Virus record (IMG/VR): IMGVR_UViG_3300033062_002302 | Strand: one strand, 5' to 3' | Length of the DNA stretch: 64,000 bases | Source of the DNA: a virus | Taxonomy: Duplodnaviria > Caudoviricetes | Part shown: positions 27,089 to 37,392 of the stretch, piece by piece | Numbering within the stretch: the stretch's first letter is position 1 | Layout: each line of letters starts with the position of its first letter | Made by a program: the position numbers and the translations under genes | Notes under the pieces: model-generated | What the model was told of the DNA's origin: nothing | The model's database searches: none | What the model saw: only the letters and a program-made list of their open reading frames with translations

Positions 27089-27318
27089 CTATCTTCGATT
27101 TAATCGAGGAAAGTTCTTTGACATTATTTGCCATTTATGTCTTAAATAAATATAATTATAAATTTAAACATGTGACGGATGTTAAGATTTCTAAGCATAA
27201 TTATTATTTTTTTATAGAAATAGATTACGACAATGATTATGTATGGTTTTGTTTTTCTGAATTAAATGGTCTTAAAGAAGATTTTGAAAGCTTTCTTAAG
27301 CTAAGACAATTTCTATAG
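27085..27318 (+). CDS. Hypothetical protein with LxxFx C-terminal tail (LRQFL)
   Basis: Ends KEDFESFLKLRQFL*; ATGA overlap. Confidence 0.65.
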   Translation: MTIFDLIEESSLTLFAIYVLNKYNYKFKHVTDVKISKHNYYFFIEIDYDNDYVWFCFSELNGLKEDFESFLKLRQFL

Positions 27319-27371
27319 TATTTCATAAAATGCTGATCTATCAGTAGTTTGGCATTGCTATAGGAAAACCT

Positions 27372-28475
27372 ATGGCAACACAATACCCGTCAAAAATAGA
27401 TGATAATGCCTCGCTTCCGCAGGTAGTTGATACTGCTTCTATTTTTAGCGCTGATGTTTATAATCGGCTTCGAAATGCCATTATTGCGATTGAAACGGAA
27501 CTAGGCGTCAAACCCTCCGGAATTGATACGACCGTTAAACATCGGTTTGAGGTTTTGGAAGATGCCTTTGGAAATATTCAAATTATTGATCTTGCCGGAG
27601 ATCTCGGAGGGTCTCACACTTCTCCGCAGGTTATTGGGCTCCGAGGGATCCCCATTTCTTCGACCGCTCCGACCTCAGGGCAGGTCCTTGCTTATAATGG
27701 CTCTGCCTGGACCCCTATCCCTCCCGACATCGCTTTAGGGGCGTTTCAGGCGGATGGAGACCTATCAGGAAGCAATATCACTCAGACGGTCATTGGGCTT
27801 CAGAATCGCTCTGTTTCCGGAACTCTTCCTAATGACGGCTATATTTTGACTTGGTCTGATATGAATAATGCTTGGGAACCTCAAGCAGCTCCAGTTGGGT
27901 TTTCTGCTGGTGGAGATTTAAGCGGAACAGAAAGCTCTCAAACTGTCATTAAGCTGCAAAATCGTTCGGTTTTATCAACAGCTCCTGATGATGGCTATAT
28001 TTTGACTTGGTCTGATATGGATAATGCTTGGGGACCTGCTGCGCCTCCAGTTTCATTTATAGCTGACACGGAATTGTCATTTGCTTCTGGATTAATATCA
28101 ACTTCATCATCTACTTATATTAGAGTTGGAGCTAGAAGCTTAATGCTTCAAAATTATCCAGCAACAATTGGGTCTTTAACCAGAGTCATTACTTTTTATG
28201 CTTTTGTAGATAAAACTCCTGGAGCAACTTCAGTTGATATTAGGCTTTATGATACTGAAAATAATATAGAAATTGCTGGCACCGCCATGACTTCAAATGT
28301 TAATTATAATATTGATTTAAGTGTTACTGAGCCAACATTAGGTGTCGGATCAACCCCCGGACAATTAATAGATACTTCTGATTCTTATTATGAATTACAA
28401 ATGAAAATGACTGGCGGTACCGTTAGTGATGCTGTCTTTTGCACCAATTCATATATAGTCATTAGATACGTATAA
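27372..28475 (+). CDS. Putative tail fibre-like virion protein with three internal repeats
   Basis: Three GDL(G/S)G..V..L....S..P..G..L.W/Y...AW.P units; YPSKID N-terminus. Confidence 0.65.
   Translation: MATQYPSKIDDNASLPQVVDTASIFSADVYNRLRNAIIAIETELGVKPSGIDTTVKHRFEVLEDAFGNIQIIDLAGDLGGSHTSPQVIGLRGIPISSTAPTSGQVLAYNGSAWTPIPPDIALGAFQADGDLSGSNITQTVIGLQNRSVSGTLPNDGYILTWSDMNNAWEPQAAPVGFSAGGDLSGTESSQTVIKLQNRSVLSTAPDDGYILTWSDMDNAWGPAAPPVSFIADTELSFASGLISTSSSTYIRVGARSLMLQNYPATIGSLTRVITFYAFVDKTPGATSVDIRLYDTENNIEIAGTAMTSNVNYNIDLSVTEPTLGVGSTPGQLIDTSDSYYELQMKMTGGTVSDAVFCTNSYIVIRYV
27826..28033 (+). repeat. Near-identical ~50-nt direct repeat, 156-nt period, inside fibre gene
   Basis: GGCTATATTTTGACTTGGTCTGATATG at 27837 and 27993. 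Confidence 0.85.
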
Positions 28476-28498
28476 TATGCATATTTTTTTATAAAGAT

Positions 28499-29470
28499 AT
28501 GGCATTGCCTACATTATCTAAAACCTGGCAACACTCGGTAAATAATACTATTTCTGCGACTGGAACTTATTCGACCACCTGTCGCAATGCCATGTTTTCA
28601 ATTAAAAATGCCTTAGTAACTTTTGCCACAAACCCTTGGACTGTTGTTAATTCTACGGCTGGAACTGGAGGGGCTCCTGCTGGAACAGATACTTGGCTTG
28701 CGAATACTAATTTAATTGGAAATACAGCTGGAAGCAATCATTCTTGGATTAGACTTAGGCAAACTGGAATTGCAACTAATTTTGAATTAGTTATTGATTG
28801 TACTAGTTCAAATTTTTCCCAAGGCACCATCGTTATTTCTCCTAGTGCAGGGTTTGTAACTGGGGGAACAGCTACAAATCGCCCAACAGCTTCAGATGAA
28901 ATAGTTTTAATAAGTAATTCGACTTGGATGTCTACCTCAACAGGCACTGATGCTAATATTATTACGAATATTCAACAATCTACAGATGGTCAGTGTACTA
29001 GAGTTATTTGTTGCGCCGGAAACTCAACAACTGTTTTTTACATGTTTGATAAGCCAAATGCAAGCGTTACGGGATGGACAAATCCTAGTGTTTCTGGAGC
29101 ATTTGCTTCAGCCTCTGAAGGTAGCGTTATAACACAAACTACTTTAAGTGGCGCCTCCTATTTCTTCAGAGGAAGAGGTTCGGGCACCTTTAACCTTACT
29201 TTTTGTTCAGAAGGAATAACTAGCTCTCTATTAACAACAGCGCTATCAAGCCTTAATGATTTTGATTCGACTATTCCATTTTTTCCTATAGGAATTGCTT
29301 CGGTGACTGCATCCCACCGAGGAAGACACGGATCTATTTATGATATGTGGTATGGATTGGCGACTCCAGGCGTAACGGGAGATACTTTTCCAGCAGATTT
29401 AACTCGTACTTTCGCTCTATTTGGAGATGTCATTGTTCCTTGGAATGGAACAACGCCAGTAGTTGCCTAA
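28499..29470 (+). CDS. Putative virion/tail-associated protein
   Basis: S/T/G/A-rich beta-type composition, adjacent to fibre gene. Confidence 0.55.
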   Translation: MALPTLSKTWQHSVNNTISATGTYSTTCRNAMFSIKNALVTFATNPWTVVNSTAGTGGAPAGTDTWLANTNLIGNTAGSNHSWIRLRQTGIATNFELVIDCTSSNFSQGTIVISPSAGFVTGGTATNRPTASDEIVLISNSTWMSTSTGTDANIITNIQQSTDGQCTRVICCAGNSTTVFYMFDKPNASVTGWTNPSVSGAFASASEGSVITQTTLSGASYFFRGRGSGTFNLTFCSEGITSSLLTTALSSLNDFDSTIPFFPIGIASVTASHRGRHGSIYDMWYGLATPGVTGDTFPADLTRTFALFGDVIVPWNGTTPVVA

Positions 29471-29715
29471 TGGTTGCATTAGCCGGAAATTTAGCACCTA
29501 GAGTAGATGGTTATAGTGCCACTAAAACAAGGCTTTCTGTTTTTGATGTTATATTTATCGATCCCGCTCCGAGTATTCTTCATTATAAATTAGCTATGTT
29601 TGACGATTTAGATATTAGATATTTTTGGGTTGATACCGTTGTAACAACTATCAATGCTCCTACTCCAGCAGGAACTTATGATTATACAACTCTTACAGTT
29701 CAAGGTTCATATTGA
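29470..29715 (+). CDS. Small hypothetical (probably virion-associated) protein
   Basis: Start taken at ATG 29470 (TAATG overlap): MVALAGNLAPRVDGY. Confidence 0.55.
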   Translation: MVALAGNLAPRVDGYSATKTRLSVFDVIFIDPAPSILHYKLAMFDDLDIRYFWVDTVVTTINAPTPAGTYDYTTLTVQGSY

Positions 29716-30122
29716 AATATTTAAAAGAAATTATTAGGTTAGCAGACAAGTTCGCTCAACAGATTGAGCAAAATGGAACGACTGAATTGTTTTTTGATTC
29801 GGCAGATAAGCAAAAGCTGTTTTCAGAAATTATACAAAATCCAGATGGTAAAGCTGCAAACATTTTAAAAAAATATTATGAAACATCGGGACAACCAACT
29901 TCATTTTCATTAAAAATTAATGCTACTCCTAACGTTGGAGCAGAGTGGATATTACGAGTTAGTCCAGCCTCTTTAACTAAACAAGTTGAAGCGATAATTG
30001 ATGCAGAATTTCAATCTTTTATGAAACAAAACCGTGCGGCAAGATTAAGCCAAGCTCAGGCAAAAGCTAAAGCTGGCTCCGGAGCCGGATTATTAAATGT
30101 TGGAAGTCTTGATTTAGAATAA
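29712..30122 (+). CDS. Hypothetical protein
   Basis: TTG start overlapping upstream TGA; N-terminal IIRLADKFAQQ helix. Confidence 0.6.
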   Translation: MKYLKEIIRLADKFAQQIEQNGTTELFFDSADKQKLFSEIIQNPDGKAANILKKYYETSGQPTSFSLKINATPNVGAEWILRVSPASLTKQVEAIIDAEFQSFMKQNRAARLSQAQAKAKAGSGAGLLNVGSLDLE

Positions 30123-30138
30123 TAAAGGAGAATAAGAT

Positions 30139-30783
30139 ATGGCGTTTCAGGAATCAATTAATTTAGCCAAAAAATATTTTCCAAAATTAGAAATAAAATT
30201 TAAAAATGAATCATTAATAATGTTCATTATATCTAAAATATTATTTTTTAATAAAAATTTTATGACGGAGTTTATAACTACCCTAGGTCATACCATTTAT
30301 TTTCCTCAAAAATCATTCATTACAAATCATCCAGTTTCTTCTTTAATTGTTTTATTACACGAGTTAGTTCATATTTATGATTTAAATAAATACGGTATGT
30401 TATTTAATATCGGTTATTTGAGCCCGCAGATATTTGCTTTATTAGCTCCACTCGCATTACTATTCAGTTGGAAATTAGCTCTTGTTTTACTATTATGTTT
30501 ATTGCCTCTTCCATCTCCTTTTAGAATGTATTTTGAAAAACGAGCTTATATTGTTTCATTGTATTCAATGAAAAAATTAAATGATAAATATAATTATAAA
30601 ATTAATTTAGAAGACCAAAAACAATTCTTTGTTAAACATTTTAGTGATTCAACTTATTATTTTATGTGGAAATTTTCTATTCTCAAAGATTTTGACCAGG
30701 CATTGGCTAAAATTAATGCTGGTGAAAAGCCGTTTGAAGACCCCATTTTTGAAATTTTAGATCAAATTATTTCCGAGAGTTAA
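30139..30783 (+). CDS. Membrane-associated HExxH metallopeptidase-like protein
   Basis: TTLGHTIY, LLHELVH, hydrophobic hairpin, FEKRAY; SD AAGGAG. Confidence 0.65.
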   Translation: MAFQESINLAKKYFPKLEIKFKNESLIMFIISKILFFNKNFMTEFITTLGHTIYFPQKSFITNHPVSSLIVLLHELVHIYDLNKYGMLFNIGYLSPQIFALLAPLALLFSWKLALVLLLCLLPLPSPFRMYFEKRAYIVSLYSMKKLNDKYNYKINLEDQKQFFVKHFSDSTYYFMWKFSILKDFDQALAKINAGEKPFEDPIFEILDQIISES

Positions 30784-30791
30784 AAAATCCA

Positions 30792-30800
30792 TGATATAAT
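30792..30800 (+). promoter_or_regulatory. Perfect extended -10 (TGnTATAAT)
   Basis: TGATATAAT in 78-nt intergenic gap. Confidence 0.55.
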
Positions 30801-30861
30801 AATTGATACCGAACTAGGTATTAAGGATTATTCATGGGTTTTTACGTAAAGGTTTGTCTTA

Positions 30862-32079
30862 ATGTCAAGTGATATTGCAGATGTTGCCATTATTGGAGCT
30901 GGCGTCGCTGGAGCTATTGCCAGTTATCGATTAGCCAAAGAACATAAGAATTTAAAAGTTATTTTATTTGATATTGGCAGACCTCCTGCTAAAAGAAAGC
31001 GCCAGATTGATGGCTTTCTTGGTTGCCTTCCTAATAGCGATGGAAAGCTCTACATGACCGATGTAGAAAAGGTTTCTAACATCATCGGAAATCGAAAGGT
31101 TAAAGCGGCATTAAAAGGAGTTACGAATTTAATTGAAAATATTACTCCTTTTAAAATAACGAAAGATAAATCCCCTTCTATTACGGTAGATAAAAAGCTA
31201 ACTAAATTAGGCTATAATGTTCAGTTAAATGATTATTTTCAAATCTTTCCCAAAGAAATACACTTGCTTTCAAAACATTTAGCCAAGACAATGGAGGCTA
31301 ATAAAAACTTTAAATATAGTTTTGATAACGAAATTGTTTCTGTTGCTAAACAAAAAGGTCATTTTGTCATTACTGGAGAACATGAAGAGTTTAAAGCAAA
31401 AAAGGTTATCATTTCAGTTGGTAGGTCTGGTTGGCGTTGGGCGCATAATCTTTATTCTAATTTTGGGATTATAGAAAACAATGAAATGGCTAAGTATGGC
31501 ATTAGAATTGAAATGCCAGCGCATTGTCTTCACGACTTTAATAAGTCTAATTGCGTCATCTCTAAGCCCGGAGAATTAGAGATAGGACCATTATCTTGGT
31601 TTGGAACCATTATTCCAGAAGATCATTTAGATATGGCAATTTCTGCTTTTCGGTCAAATGAAGACCGATGGAAGTCAGACAAGGTTTCATTCTCATTAAT
31701 TGGAGATATTCCAACCAATAATGAAGGCGTTCAACAAACAGACCGAATGGGTAAATTAACTTATATCATATCTAATGATCGTGTTTTAAAAGAGAAAGTT
31801 TCATTATTTTTATCTGGTAAGAGTAAGATTTCAATTATGAAAGAATATAATTTCTTGATTGATAAAATTAAAGAATTATCATTAATTATGCCAGATATTA
31901 TTACTAAAGGATATTTTCATGTTCCGACTCTAACGGCAATGGCTCCAAAAATTAATCTTGGAGACAATTTGGAAAGCGAAGTCCCAGGCATGTATGTTGC
32001 GGGAGAAAGCGCTGGAGTCTCGGGAATTTTAGCGGCAATGTTGATGGGTTGGAGCCTTGGAGGAGATATAGTAAAATGA
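30862..32079 (+). CDS. FAD-dependent oxidoreductase
   Basis: IIGAGVAG, SDGKL, VGRSG, PGMYVAGESAG. Confidence 0.8.
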   Translation: MSSDIADVAIIGAGVAGAIASYRLAKEHKNLKVILFDIGRPPAKRKRQIDGFLGCLPNSDGKLYMTDVEKVSNIIGNRKVKAALKGVTNLIENITPFKITKDKSPSITVDKKLTKLGYNVQLNDYFQIFPKEIHLLSKHLAKTMEANKNFKYSFDNEIVSVAKQKGHFVITGEHEEFKAKKVIISVGRSGWRWAHNLYSNFGIIENNEMAKYGIRIEMPAHCLHDFNKSNCVISKPGELEIGPLSWFGTIIPEDHLDMAISAFRSNEDRWKSDKVSFSLIGDIPTNNEGVQQTDRMGKLTYIISNDRVLKEKVSLFLSGKSKISIMKEYNFLIDKIKELSLIMPDIITKGYFHVPTLTAMAPKINLGDNLESEVPGMYVAGESAGVSGILAAMLMGWSLGGDIVK

Positions 32080-32423
32080 CAAAGTCTTACGATGAAGAGC
32101 GGGATACTGGAGGTGGAAGTAGTGGAATAAAGTTTGCTTTGAGCAAATATGAATATGATTTATACCACGAAGAAGATGATGTTTCAAATCCTATTATAAG
32201 AATAAAAAGATTTGCTTTGCCTAATAAAAGCGAAAAATGGAAATTTTATGAAAATACTAAAGTAACGTTAGTTTTGGAAGGAACGAAGCTGACGGCGAAA
32301 GAAAAAGAATTCATTAGGACCGTTGATGGAATTAATTTTCTATTGCGCGGCTACAAAGAAGGGTTAAATTCCTTGAACGCATTCAAAAAGCGACTCAAAG
32401 AGGAATTAAAAAATAATTCCTAA
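32076..32423 (+). CDS. Hypothetical protein
   Basis: Start taken at ATG 32076 (ATGA overlap, GGAGG upstream). Confidence 0.6.
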   Translation: MTKSYDEERDTGGGSSGIKFALSKYEYDLYHEEDDVSNPIIRIKRFALPNKSEKWKFYENTKVTLVLEGTKLTAKEKEFIRTVDGINFLLRGYKEGLNSLNAFKKRLKEELKNNS

Positions 32424-32432
32424 AAGGAATTT

Positions 32433-33017
32433 ATGGAATTTAGTTACTATGCCTTAGATACCGAAACGACCGGCTTCGATCCTATTGTCAATGATATTAT
32501 AGAGTTATCTATTTATCGAAAAAGCGATGACTCCCAAAGAACTTGGTTTTTAAAACCGTCTAATGTTGATGGAATTGACCTAGGCGCATTAAAGGTCAAT
32601 GGTCATAAATTAGAAGACCTTAAATGGGAAACTAAATATGGTCGTGAAACCTATATGCCTGCTGATAAGGCAATTATTGAAATTGAAAATTGGATTATGG
32701 AAGATTCCGTAACCTCAGAAGAAAGAGTCTTAGTCGGGCAACAAATTAGCTTTGATCGCAATTTTTGTTATTATCTATGGCAAAAATGTGGAAGTTCCGG
32801 GACTTTTCCTTTTGGACGAAAAATGATTGATACGATTCAAATCGAACTAGTTATGAGTTTAACTGGAATGTCAGACGCTGAAACATTTAGTCTTTCTAGT
32901 TTGATTAAACGTTATGGAATTAAAAATGAGAAAGCGCACTCTGCTTCTGCGGATACCAAGGCAACCAATTTATTGTTTGAAGCTCAATTAGAACGAATCC
33001 GCTCAAAATTAAAATGA
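32433..33017 (+). CDS. DEDDh 3'-5' exonuclease (DnaQ-like)
   Basis: DTETTG, SFD, IDT, HSASAD. Confidence 0.88.
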   Translation: MEFSYYALDTETTGFDPIVNDIIELSIYRKSDDSQRTWFLKPSNVDGIDLGALKVNGHKLEDLKWETKYGRETYMPADKAIIEIENWIMEDSVTSEERVLVGQQISFDRNFCYYLWQKCGSSGTFPFGRKMIDTIQIELVMSLTGMSDAETFSLSSLIKRYGIKNEKAHSASADTKATNLLFEAQLERIRSKLK

Positions 33018-33949
33018 AGATTCTTTATGCGGCGACTTCTCGCAAAGGCGCCCAAGTTCAATTTTCTAGACTATTACCTTATTTAAACAATCACATTGTT
33101 AAGTTAGCCGGATACAATCGATCCTTTGATAATTATTATCTAGATTGGACTTTAGATGCCCTTCAAAATATTACGAAGCCAGACAAATTTAGTTATAGCA
33201 ATGATAATTTAGAGCTATATTATAATCAAGTTAAAAAGTTTAAGCCTGATCTAATTATTAGTGATTTAGAATTATATACGTCTCATTTAGGGTTCCAAAT
33301 TGGAGTCCCTGTTTGGCAAGTTAGCCCATTATTATTTTATTATGGAATTGATAAGCAAGAAAAGACCCATCTTTACAAAAAGTACCCGTATCTAATTGAT
33401 AAGACAAGCATTACTCCGAGTTTAAAATATGTTTTAGCCAATTCAGATAAAAAATTAATTTATTCTCATTTTAGCTGTCTTGATATCGAATTGCTTTCTG
33501 ATTATAATTGGATTCAACCATATACTCCAGAAAGCAGATTGTCTATTCCGTGTCAACATAATGTCTGTGCGACATCATTATCAAATAATAAAAAATATAT
33601 TAATTATTTAAAAAGGCACGATGATGTTGTTTTGTTCTCTAATAATTTAGAGGAAAAGTATGCGGATATTTTAATGAAAGACGTATATTCGACAAAAGAA
33701 TACGGATGCAATTTAAAAAATTCAGAGATGGTTATAACAGAAGGGTATATGGACTTTATCGCTGACGCATACTACGCAGGAAAATATGTTCATGTCAAAC
33801 CCGATTTCAATGAGGTTGAAACGATCATTAATGGATTCTTTGTCGATAAATATCATATTGGAAAATGTATTTTCGATCAAAAGTTATTTGATAATGAATC
33901 TTTTGTAATAAAAAAAGATTTGAATCCTCATTTGGATAAATTAATATGA
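33014..33949 (+). CDS. GT-B fold glycosyltransferase-like protein
   Basis: MKILYAA, FKPDLIISDLE, VITEG..FIADAYYAGK. Confidence 0.6.
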   Translation: MKILYAATSRKGAQVQFSRLLPYLNNHIVKLAGYNRSFDNYYLDWTLDALQNITKPDKFSYSNDNLELYYNQVKKFKPDLIISDLELYTSHLGFQIGVPVWQVSPLLFYYGIDKQEKTHLYKKYPYLIDKTSITPSLKYVLANSDKKLIYSHFSCLDIELLSDYNWIQPYTPESRLSIPCQHNVCATSLSNNKKYINYLKRHDDVVLFSNNLEEKYADILMKDVYSTKEYGCNLKNSEMVITEGYMDFIADAYYAGKYVHVKPDFNEVETIINGFFVDKYHIGKCIFDQKLFDNESFVIKKDLNPHLDKLI

Positions 33950-34560
33950 AATTAGCTTTAGATATTGGAAATGTAATGTGCGCCATTGATATGGATCAAT
34001 TTGTTGAGCCATTATCTAGAGAAATTAATTTGTCTAAAGAAGATTGTTATCACTTCCTATCTTGTACCCAAAAGCTTCAAGACTTAGGTTTATGTAATAT
34101 CAAAGATGAAATAAGAACAAAATTTGGAATTAAATCCGAGTATGTCGTTCAAGACTTAGTTAAAGCTTGGAACAAAACATTAATCCCAAATTATAGCGTC
34201 ATCAAATATCTATCTGTTTTAATTAAAGAGTTTGATTTAGATGTTGCGATTGTTTCTAATATTGGTTATGAACATATTAATTGTTTAGACTTTATTTTTA
34301 AAGATTTTGAATTTTTTAAAAAAGCAATAAAATTCTATAGTTGCGAAGTTGGGGCTCGAAAGCCGACTTACAATTATTACCAAACATTTTTGACGATGCA
34401 TCCAGAATTTAAGGGTGCGATTTATGTTGATGATTTAGAAGAGAACTTGAGAGTTGGAAAAGAGATGGGACTGAGAGATTTTCAATTAGACATATCGTCT
34501 AGCTCTGGGTCTGCACTTAAAAGATTAGATGAGCTAAAGAAATATTATGAGGAGTCTTAA
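33946..34560 (+). CDS. HAD-superfamily phosphatase
   Basis: LDIGNV, SN, SCEVGARKP, YVDDLEEN. Confidence 0.85.
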   Translation: MKLALDIGNVMCAIDMDQFVEPLSREINLSKEDCYHFLSCTQKLQDLGLCNIKDEIRTKFGIKSEYVVQDLVKAWNKTLIPNYSVIKYLSVLIKEFDLDVAIVSNIGYEHINCLDFIFKDFEFFKKAIKFYSCEVGARKPTYNYYQTFLTMHPEFKGAIYVDDLEENLRVGKEMGLRDFQLDISSSSGSALKRLDELKKYYEES

Positions 34561-35054
34561 TGGAAAATAAAATGAGCGAGAATAGGTTTGTGACGGCTGG
34601 AAAAACGAAGGTCGTTGAAGGTTCAATTTTGAGTCCCGAGCTGGGAAATTTAAGGTTGGTTCTGGTTCCGATCAATGAAGCTGGTGTGACAGATACCGAA
34701 ATGTATAATTTATTGAATAAAAAATGGCGCCAAGCCAAGGTTGATGCCAAAGGCTGGTATTCAAATCATATTGATTTTAAGCTTGGGAACATTCAAACGA
34801 CGGCGGTTCAAAGTGACACTTGGGTCGTTCATTGTCTCTTTGAAGATAAAGATCAAAAAGTGAATGCCAAAGCAATGGCTGGATGCTTGAAGAAGGTAGC
34901 GGCAATGGCAAAGTATGAGAAAGCTTCCGTTCATGTCTCTAACCTTATGGTGGAAAAGGTTAGTGGAATGAAGGAGTTGTTAGTCTCAGAAATGTTGGAT
35001 AAGGGAACTTCAGTCTATTTTTATACTGAGGCTCCTCCGTCTACCCAAGAATAA
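34560..35054 (+). CDS. Hypothetical protein, possibly degenerate macro-domain fold
   Basis: KVVEGSI, LVPIN..G, FKLGNI, WVVHCL, ASVH pattern. Confidence 0.45.
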   Translation: MENKMSENRFVTAGKTKVVEGSILSPELGNLRLVLVPINEAGVTDTEMYNLLNKKWRQAKVDAKGWYSNHIDFKLGNIQTTAVQSDTWVVHCLFEDKDQKVNAKAMAGCLKKVAAMAKYEKASVHVSNLMVEKVSGMKELLVSEMLDKGTSVYFYTEAPPSTQE

Positions 35055-35073
35055 AACCTAATTATGGTTTTCG

Positions 35074-35114
35074 AATAGCATGCTGATCTCAAGGATTGGC
35101 ATGCTATTTTTTTT
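35074..35114 (+). terminator. Strong intrinsic terminator
   Basis: 15-bp stem AATAGCATGCTGATC/GATTGGCATGCTATT, 5-nt loop, long T run. Confidence 0.85.
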
Positions 35115-35125
35115 ATATTTATTCA

Positions 35126-35509
35126 ATGGACCGACTTAAAATTGGAGACAAGATTATATGTCATGTCAGAGATAGTTGGATAGTCCATCCCTACGCCCAT
35201 CATTTCACCAAGATTAAATTAGAAATTGCTTCAGTCGATAGCTTTGGCTACTTCGCCTATGTTCCTGATTATATTGGATTAAATGGTGCTACTCGGGTAA
35301 CGAGAGATAATTTAGAGTCTTTAGAAGTTGGCAAAAAATTTCTAGATTGCCTTGTTATTTACGTTCAAGACTCATTTATTGCCGAGATTGATTTGATTTT
35401 GGATGGTTATGTTTGCAAGAGATGTCAAGAGTTTTGCCGACAATCTGAGCCGAATCAAGAAGATGGTTCTTTTATTTGTTATCCTTGTCGATTTAATAAA
35501 TACCGATAA
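35126..35509 (+). CDS. Hypothetical protein with C-terminal Zn finger
   Basis: Start taken at ATG 35126 after the terminator; CKRC..CYPC. Confidence 0.65.
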   Translation: MDRLKIGDKIICHVRDSWIVHPYAHHFTKIKLEIASVDSFGYFAYVPDYIGLNGATRVTRDNLESLEVGKKFLDCLVIYVQDSFIAEIDLILDGYVCKRCQEFCRQSEPNQEDGSFICYPCRFNKYR

Positions 35510-35524
35510 AATCGTATTTAGAGT

Positions 35525-36196
35525 ATGACTGTCTTGGATGATATTGGCGGCTGGATTGATAAGCTTAAGGGAATGTTTGGGATTCAAGGAGATGCTCCTA
35601 AACCTCCTTCAGCCCCTAAGAAAAGCCTAAGCCCTACGGCAGTCGAAGGTGGCTATCAGTCTCCGATTCGAGGCAGCTGGAAGAATTCAGGAAATTTTTC
35701 TCCTGGGGTTGCGACGGATAAGCGCCATCAGAAAGGGCACAATGGCGTTGACATGAGGGCTCCTGGTGGCACGAGCATCTATCCTCTGACGTCTGGAGTT
35801 GTGACCAATGCCGGGACCGACCCAATGGGTGGAAACGTCGTAAATGTCAAGCATGACGCCGGAATCACGACCTACTATGCTCACCTTGGCTCGATTGCAG
35901 TAACTAAGGGTGATAAGGTGGATAAAGATACGGTTCTTGGGACTGTAGGAGATTCTGGGAATGCCGCTGGAACTTGGCCACATTTACATTTTCAGGTTTG
36001 GAAAGATGGGGTTTTGGTAAACCCAGGAAGCTTCTTTAACGTTCCAGCTTATTCCAATGTTGATTCAACGGAAAAGCAGTGGTTACCAGGACAGCAGGAA
36101 GCTGCTCGTAATTGGAAAAGCAAAAAAGCTTCTAGGATCGATACGATCTCTAAAAGCTCTGATTTGTATTTTAATTTAATTAATAAAATTAAGTAA
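35525..36196 (+). CDS. M23-family peptidoglycan endopeptidase
   Basis: HNGVD, YAHL, PHLHF. Confidence 0.9.
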   Translation: MTVLDDIGGWIDKLKGMFGIQGDAPKPPSAPKKSLSPTAVEGGYQSPIRGSWKNSGNFSPGVATDKRHQKGHNGVDMRAPGGTSIYPLTSGVVTNAGTDPMGGNVVNVKHDAGITTYYAHLGSIAVTKGDKVDKDTVLGTVGDSGNAAGTWPHLHFQVWKDGVLVNPGSFFNVPAYSNVDSTEKQWLPGQQEAARNWKSKKASRIDTISKSSDLYFNLINKIK

Positions 36197-36689
36197 TTTT
36201 TGAATACTTAGCAACGTCTAAGTTATTATCGCCTTCTAATCTCATAGAACCTTTAAATTCAAATAAGGCAGGATTAATCCAAGGGAAGAAAACGGAATCT
36301 GCTGAAGGTGTAATTAATTTTGGAACAAGAGTTAAATAAATTTCATCGGCATATTTCATGCCAGCGAGATAGATAGAAGAGCCTCCGATAATCCAAACAT
36401 CAAGGTCCTGATGAGCCAAGCCAATAGCTTCTTCGAGAGAATGAGCAAGCTCAATATTAGGGATAGTTGTTGTTTGGCTAGTGACGACGATATTACGACG
36501 TTTAGGAAGAGGCTTGCTTCCGATTGAGGTAAAAGTATTTCTTCCCATGATGATGGTTGAATTAGCCGTCATTCTTCGAAAGAAAGCCATATCTTCTTTG
36601 TACTCATCCATAGTCCAAGGAAGGTTATTCAATTCTTTATTGCCAATAATCCCATTTTGGGAGACGGCGGCAATCATTTTGATAGTCAT
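36189..36689 (-). CDS. folA: Dihydrofolate reductase
   Basis: IAAVSQNGIIG, LPW, MGRNT, PLPKRRNIV, IIGG. Confidence 0.93.
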   Translation of the reverse strand: MTIKMIAAVSQNGIIGNKELNNLPWTMDEYKEDMAFFRRMTANSTIIMGRNTFTSIGSKPLPKRRNIVVTSQTTTIPNIELAHSLEEAIGLAHQDLDVWIIGGSSIYLAGMKYADEIYLTLVPKLITPSADSVFFPWINPALFEFKGSMRLEGDNNLDVAKYSKIT

Positions 36690-36703
36690 ATGCTTTTACC
36701 TTT

Positions 36704-37036
36704 TTATGAAAAAATTGAGTATTGGTCTAGTAATTTATTGAGTTCTATTTCTGAAAGAGCAAGGTCTTCATCATTTAATGATATTTTAAAAATAAAATCT
36801 CTGTCATGTGGAGCTGATACACCAAAAACTTTTTCTTCTTTAAGATAAAGAAGACTATATTTGTCAGTATCAACTTCGATTCTTTGAGTCGAATTTTTGA
36901 CTTCAAACCATCTTATAACTCCATTATTAAATTTAATCATTGGACATGATGTACACCATCCCCATCCTAAATATGGGGATGGACAATATAATTTACGATT
37001 ACATCGTGGGCAATTTTCAATAGGAAATGTAATCAT
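36704..37036 (-). CDS. CPRC zinc-ribbon / IFS-tail family protein
   Basis: CPRC..CTSCP..ends QYSIFS*. Confidence 0.8.
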   Translation of the reverse strand: MITFPIENCPRCNRKLYCPSPYLGWGWCTSCPMIKFNNGVIRWFEVKNSTQRIEVDTDKYSLLYLKEEKVFGVSAPHDRDFIFKISLNDEDLALSEIELNKLLDQYSIFS

Positions 37037-37392
37037 GAAAATATAATATGTGATGCAATTAATTTGTCAAGCTCTAATTCTGATAGAGCCAAATCACTAT
37101 CATTTAGTGATATTTTAGAAATGATTGAAACTTGCTCTCCATCTGGAGGCTCATTTAATGATATTTCAAATAATCCATCTCTTTTATCATAATAAATATT
37201 GTAATTATGAGTGTTAATTTCTATGATTTGTAGAGGATTAATTATCTCAATAAAATTGAGATTGAAGCTTTTAAAATTGATTTTTGGACATTCAAGACAG
37301 CCTATCCACTTTGATGATGCTGATTTTCCACCTCCAACCTTTTTTAATCTTGAATTGCATCTTGGACATATGGTGATAGGAAATGTGATCAT
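37033..37392 (-). CDS. CPRC zinc-ribbon / IFS-tail family protein
   Basis: CPRC..CLECP..ends SHIIFS*. Confidence 0.8.
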   Translation of the reverse strand: MITFPITICPRCNSRLKKVGGGKSASSKWIGCLECPKINFKSFNLNFIEIINPLQIIEINTHNYNIYYDKRDGLFEISLNEPPDGEQVSIISKISLNDSDLALSELELDKLIASHIIFS

